Origin: Alphaproteobacteria bacterium
GTDB taxonomy: Bacteria; Pseudomonadota; Alphaproteobacteria; SP197
Direction: 5' to 3'
NCBI GenBank assembly: GCA_964291265.2
Contig: OZ219747.1
Span: forward strand, 384,001-448,000
DNA: 64,000 bases
The notes beneath the pieces were generated by a model that was not told the DNA's origin, searched no databases, and saw only the letters and a program-made list of their open reading frames with translations. How positions within the stretch are numbered: position 1 is the first letter of the stretch; every line of letters starts with the position of its first letter. A program made the translations under genes and the position numbers. Of this stretch, positions 59,572-64,000 are shown piece after piece.

Positions 59572-61173
59572 GTGGAACCTGGTCCGGTCGGTGCGCCTGA
59601 CGGCGATGCCGCCCTCACGCTTCATCACATCACGAGGCGATTCCCCGGCGTCCTCGCAAACGACCGGGTGTCGCTGGTCTTCCGGCGCGGCGAGATTCAT
59701 GCCCTGCTGGGCGAGAACGGCGCCGGCAAGTCCACGCTCATCGGCATCGTTTCCGGCATGGTGCGCCCCGACTCCGGCTCCATCGAAGTGGCGGGCCGAA
59801 TGGTGCGAATCACGTCGCCTTCCGCCGCCCTGCGCCTGGGTATCGGCACGGTTCATCAGCATGTCCTGCTCGTCCCGAGCCTGAGTGTCCTCGAGAACCT
59901 GATGCTGGGAAACCCGTGGTGGCACATCCTTGACCGTGCCGCGACATCCCAGCGATTCGCCGAACTCGCCGAACTGCTCTCTGTCAGGGTATCGCCGGAT
60001 GCTCCGCTGAGCAGGCTCTCCCTGGGAGAACAACAACAGGTCGAGATCATGCGCGCCCTGTGGCACGGCGAACTGGTTCTCTTCCTCGATGAACCAACGT
60101 CGATGCTCACGCCCCAGGGCGTCGACGATCTCGGAGTCGTCATGCGACGCCTGCGCGACCATGGTGTCGCCATCGTCTTCATCACCCACAAGCTGAAGGA
60201 GGCCAGTGATCTCGCTGACCGCATATCGGTGCTGCGCCAGGGGCGCGTTGTCGGTGAAGTGACGCCCGTCGAACTGCGCGCCATGTCGTCGGACGCGATC
60301 ATTGAACGCGTCGTGGCGATGATGTTCGGAGACGGCGGGAAGGCGGGGGACCTGCGGGCCACCCTCGTCGGCGACGCCGTCGAACCGCCGAGCCGGCGGC
60401 ACACCGATGCCGGGGTGGAGCCCCTTCTTCGACTCCGTGGCGGACATACTGCCGGAAGGCAGGGCGAGTGCGCTCTCGATGGCGTGGACCTCGAGGTCCG
60501 GCCCGGAGAGGTCATGGGCATTGCCGGTGTCGACGGCAACGGACAGAAACACCTGGCCGAGGTGCTTGCCGGCCAGCGCATGATGACAGCCGGCTCGCTC
60601 TCGCTTGCCGGCCGGGAGATCAGCCATCTCGACGTTACCGGTCGCCGCCGACTCGGGGTGCGCTACATCACCGACGATCGACTCGGCGAGGGAACCGCAC
60701 CGCGCCACTCTCTGGCCGTCAACCTTGTCATCAAGGAAATCGGCTCGCCACGATTCTGGAAGGGCGGAATCACCTCGTGGAGACGTATCCACGCTCACGC
60801 CCGGAACATGATCAGGGCCTACAGCATCGTGGCGCCGTCGGAACGGGCGCCTCTTGCCGGCCTCTCGGGCGGCAACATCCAGAAGGTCCTGCTGGCCCGG
60901 GAGTGGACCGGCGATGCCCGGCTTCTGGTGATTTCCAAGCCGACCTACGGACTTGACCTTCAGAACACGCGCCGGGCGCGGGACTGGATCAAGAACATCG
61001 GCGGCAACACAGATGTTGCAGTTGTCGTCATCTCCAATGAACTCGATGAACTGATCGAGGTGACGCATCGCATCGCGGTGTTGGAGCGCGGCCGCATTTC
61101 CGGCATCGTCATGAACCGGTCGGGCGCCAGGACAGCGATCGGCCGCCTGATGGCGGGAGTCGGGGCTGCCTGA
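59572..61173 (+). CDS. ABC ATP-binding protein, two-domain sugar/nucleoside type (putative B6 transporter)
   Basis: HALLGENGAGKST, LDEPTSMLTP, LSGGNIQK. Confidence 0.9.
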   Translation: MEPGPVGAPDGDAALTLHHITRRFPGVLANDRVSLVFRRGEIHALLGENGAGKSTLIGIVSGMVRPDSGSIEVAGRMVRITSPSAALRLGIGTVHQHVLLVPSLSVLENLMLGNPWWHILDRAATSQRFAELAELLSVRVSPDAPLSRLSLGEQQQVEIMRALWHGELVLFLDEPTSMLTPQGVDDLGVVMRRLRDHGVAIVFITHKLKEASDLADRISVLRQGRVVGEVTPVELRAMSSDAIIERVVAMMFGDGGKAGDLRATLVGDAVEPPSRRHTDAGVEPLLRLRGGHTAGRQGECALDGVDLEVRPGEVMGIAGVDGNGQKHLAEVLAGQRMMTAGSLSLAGREISHLDVTGRRRLGVRYITDDRLGEGTAPRHSLAVNLVIKEIGSPRFWKGGITSWRRIHAHARNMIRAYSIVAPSERAPLAGLSGGNIQKVLLAREWTGDARLLVISKPTYGLDLQNTRRARDWIKNIGGNTDVAVVVISNELDELIEVTHRIAVLERGRISGIVMNRSGARTAIGRLMAGVGAA

Positions 61174-61174
61174 G

Positions 61175-62224
61175 ATGGGCCAGCGGCACCCTTTCCTTTC
61201 CCCGCTTCACGGGATGATCTCGGTGCTGTTGCCGGTCGTTCTCGCTCTTGCCGTCGGCGCTGTCCTGCTGCTGGCGCTCGGCAAGGATCCCTTCGCCTAC
61301 TACGGCTACGTCGTCAAGCGGGGCCTGTTGAGCCCGACGGGGCTTGAGGCCACACTCACCCGCACGGCGCCCCTGCTGTTGATCGCTGCCGGATTGATCG
61401 TGGCCTTTCGCAGCGGCCTGTGGAACCTGGGCGTGGACGGTCAGCTCCTTCTCGCCGCCGTGGTGACGGCGGCCCTGGCGCCCGAACTCGCAGGCACGAT
61501 GCCATCGCTGCTGATGGTGGCTGTCTGTCTTGCCGTGGCCATGGCGGTTGGCGCCGCCTGGTCTCTCATTCCCGCTTTCCTCAAGGCCCAGTTCGGCGTC
61601 AACGAGATCATCTCAACCCTGATGATGAGCTTTCTGGGTGTCAGCCTCGCCAATGTCCTCATCAAGATTCCTTTCAACGATCCGCTGACCACCGTGCCTC
61701 AGACCGCCACCCTTGCCGTCGAAGACCGTCTCACGCGGCTGGCGGATACCACCATCCACTGGGGGGTGCTGCTGGCGCTCGCCATGGTGGTGGTTGTCCA
61801 CCACGCGATGACGATGACGGCACTGGGGTTGAGACTGCAGATTGTCGGGGCGAACATGCGCACGGCCGTCCACGCAGGCCTCCGGCTGCGGATTCTCGTG
61901 GTGGTCGCCTTCGCCATCAGTGCGGGCCTGGCAGGTCTGGCCGGCGCCGTCGACGTTCTCGGCGTCCACGGCGCCATCCGCGCCGACTGGAACCCAGCCT
62001 ACGGCATCGTCGTCATCCCCCTGGTCTTCCTGGCGCGCTTCAACGGTTACGCGGTCATCGCCTTCGTCTTCGTCTTCGCCGTGCTCGTCATCGGTGGGGA
62101 AAGCGCCGCCCGGCGGCTTGACGTTCCGACGTACTTCGTTCTGGTGCTGGTGGGACTGGTGATGCTGTTCCTGGCCGTCACCGAATTCCTGGACCACCGC
62201 CGGCGCCTGACGGAAAGGGACTGA
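61175..62224 (+). CDS. ABC permease (BPD_transp_2; putative B6 transporter)
   Basis: AFRSGLWNLGVDGQ, VNEIISTLMM; multiple TM segments. Confidence 0.9.
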   Translation: MGQRHPFLSPLHGMISVLLPVVLALAVGAVLLLALGKDPFAYYGYVVKRGLLSPTGLEATLTRTAPLLLIAAGLIVAFRSGLWNLGVDGQLLLAAVVTAALAPELAGTMPSLLMVAVCLAVAMAVGAAWSLIPAFLKAQFGVNEIISTLMMSFLGVSLANVLIKIPFNDPLTTVPQTATLAVEDRLTRLADTTIHWGVLLALAMVVVVHHAMTMTALGLRLQIVGANMRTAVHAGLRLRILVVVAFAISAGLAGLAGAVDVLGVHGAIRADWNPAYGIVVIPLVFLARFNGYAVIAFVFVFAVLVIGGESAARRLDVPTYFVLVLVGLVMLFLAVTEFLDHRRRLTERD

Positions 62225-62229
62225 CACCC

Positions 62230-63165
62230 GTGGACGGCCTGCTCAGCGAAGCCTTCATTGCCTCCCTCTTCTTCGGCGCCGTCACGGCCGGAGTGCCGCT
62301 GCTTCTCGCCGGGCTTGGCGAGCAGGTGTCCGAAAAGGCGGGCGTTCTCAACATTGGACTCGAGGGCATGATGCTGGCCGGCGCCTTTGCCGGATTCGCC
62401 GCTGCCCATGCCAGCGAATCGTTCCTTGCCGGTTTCTGTGCCGGAATCCTGGCGGGCATGGCCGCGGCGCTCATCATGGCCATGCTGTGTGTCGTTCTCG
62501 GCATGAACCAGATCGTCGTCGGTATCGCCATCACGCTTGGCGCCGAGGGCGTCACGGCCCTCCTGCACCACGTGCTCTATTCCCGTTCCTATCCACGGCT
62601 CTCCCGGGTCGAGACATGGACCATTCCCGGCCTGGCCGACATCCCCTACGTCGGCGCGGCCCTCTTCGACCGCAACGCCCTCATCTACGTCACCTTCGCT
62701 CTCACCTTCTTCATGATCTGGGTGTTCAGGCACACCCAGGCCGGGCTCAACCTGCAGGCAGCCGGCGATGCCCCGGCGGCCCTCGATGCGGCGGGCGTGA
62801 GCGTGACGATGACGCGTTTCGTTTCGGTGCTCGTGACTGGATGCCTTGGCGGTCTGGGAGGCGCCTACATGGCAACGGTCGGCGGTGGCCTCTTCCTGCC
62901 CTTCATGACCGGCGGCGCCGGATTCATCGCCATCGTGCTTGCCATGCTGGCCCGCGGCAATCCCCTGTGGGTCCTCTTCGGAGCCCTCCTGTTCGGCTCC
63001 AGCCTCGCTCTCACCACCGCCCTGCAGGTGGCCGGCGTCAACATCCCCACCGACGTCATCCAGATGCTGCCCTTCGCCATGGTGATCGTGGTCCTGCTGC
63101 TGTTTGCCAGGCACAGCTACCTGCCACCGGCACTGGGGCTTCCCTATCGGCGCGGAGCGCGCTGA
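62230..63165 (+). CDS. ABC permease (BPD_transp_2; putative B6 transporter)
   Basis: SEKAGVLNIGLEGMML, GAGFIAIVL, QMLPF, PPALGLPY. Confidence 0.9.
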   Translation: MDGLLSEAFIASLFFGAVTAGVPLLLAGLGEQVSEKAGVLNIGLEGMMLAGAFAGFAAAHASESFLAGFCAGILAGMAAALIMAMLCVVLGMNQIVVGIAITLGAEGVTALLHHVLYSRSYPRLSRVETWTIPGLADIPYVGAALFDRNALIYVTFALTFFMIWVFRHTQAGLNLQAAGDAPAALDAAGVSVTMTRFVSVLVTGCLGGLGGAYMATVGGGLFLPFMTGGAGFIAIVLAMLARGNPLWVLFGALLFGSSLALTTALQVAGVNIPTDVIQMLPFAMVIVVLLLFARHSYLPPALGLPYRRGAR

Positions 63166-63194
63166 CGGCATCACCCACCGGAGAGGATCACGTC

Positions 63195-63815
63195 ACGGCC
63201 GGTCCCAAGGACCGCCTTCGCGGCGGCGGAAACCTGATGATCGACGGCTTCCATGCCTTCCGGAACCGTGGACCGGGAGGTGAACTCCGTTCCTTCCCTA
63301 CGACCATGCCGTCCGAGTCGGACATGGAGACGCTCGCCATCTCTTCGACATCAGCTACGACCATGAGTGCACCATGAAGGTGCCGCCCTTCGAGACACCG
63401 CTGCAGACACCCGTGCGGACCATTCCGGGAGTCCTCGGTCTCGTCGGTCCGAGGCCCTCCGACATCAACTCGCAAGGGTGGCTTCGATCGCTGCCGCGGG
63501 AGCCGGCACATCGCGACCGCTACCCGGTGTACCGCGAGGGACTCGAAGCCCGCGAGCGCCATCAACCCTTCGAAAACCCGGGACGGATCCCGGCTTCACG
63601 AAGGGCGGGACGGCGATGGACGAGTTCAGTCGGCGGCTCGGGAAGCTCCGAGATCGCGGTCTGTCCGCCGAGAGTCGAGACCCTGACCGGCAGTCAGGAC
63701 ATTGCCAGGGTCCTGCGGCTCTTCGAGACTCCCGAGCACTCGGGCTTATCACGACTCGATGATGGTCGAACTGGCCAACCGGCGGCCCATGCTCTCCGTC
63801 GCCGCCGAACGAGGA
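63195..63815 (+). pseudogene. 4-pyridoxolactonase (AHL-lactonase/MBL fold) pseudogene
   Basis: ACG in place of ATG after GGAGAGG; GGNLMIDGFHAFRNRGPGGELR, SYDHECTMKVPPFETPLQ..TIPGVLGL, QPFENPG, QDIARVLRLFETPEHS, MMVELANRRPML; HxHxDH motif destroyed; frameshifts. Confidence 0.8.
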
Positions 63816-64000
63816 CACCGCATCGGCGACGGGGAGCGTCCCCTTGATCGACAATCGAATCGAGGATGCCGACGGCGTATCGCGGTGGACGGACAGCGGC
63901 AACCACGGAGATGTCCCGGTGGTCATGGAGTGCGCCTCAACAAGCAGCCGGGCCCATGGCGTCATTGAACGGTACTCTGATCTCGACCATCGTCTCGTGA

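Noticed and set aside
63816-64000. Possible further B6-pathway gene remnant at the window end
   Set aside because: No frame gave a motif I could recognise.

Overview
High-GC alphaproteobacterial (Rhodospirillales-like) chromosomal window, read by eye with no database searches. The left two-thirds is mostly housekeeping and metabolism: a complete Rrf2-sufBCDSUT-sufA operon, slt, a nitroreductase, ggt, a full-length fused ABC exporter, betaine/carnitine-type uptake and catabolic genes, secA-PPIase-argJ and a CoA-dependent cluster ending in caiD. Small decayed accessory patches are interspersed (TIGR04255-HTH triad, AAA-ATPase remnants). Downstream of tRNA-Ser(CGA) is a mobile-element pile-up: IS remnants, an IS630, an unusual TIR-less 1.8 kb element with a Rep_trans-like protein and a multi-hairpin 5' leader, and an RTX-only protein. 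Next is a vitamin B6 locus in which pdxY and a BMP-type ABC importer are intact, while both recognisable B6-degradation genes (4-pyridoxate dehydrogenase, 4-pyridoxolactonase) are pseudogenes. The dehydrogenase is split by two different IS4-family elements whose transposases carry an N-terminal DUF4338/DruA-like (GNAT/Mom-like) domain. One of these is itself interrupted by a third IS. Terminal inverted repeats and target-site duplications can be read directly for all three. Family assignments rest on remembered motifs and need HMM confirmation.
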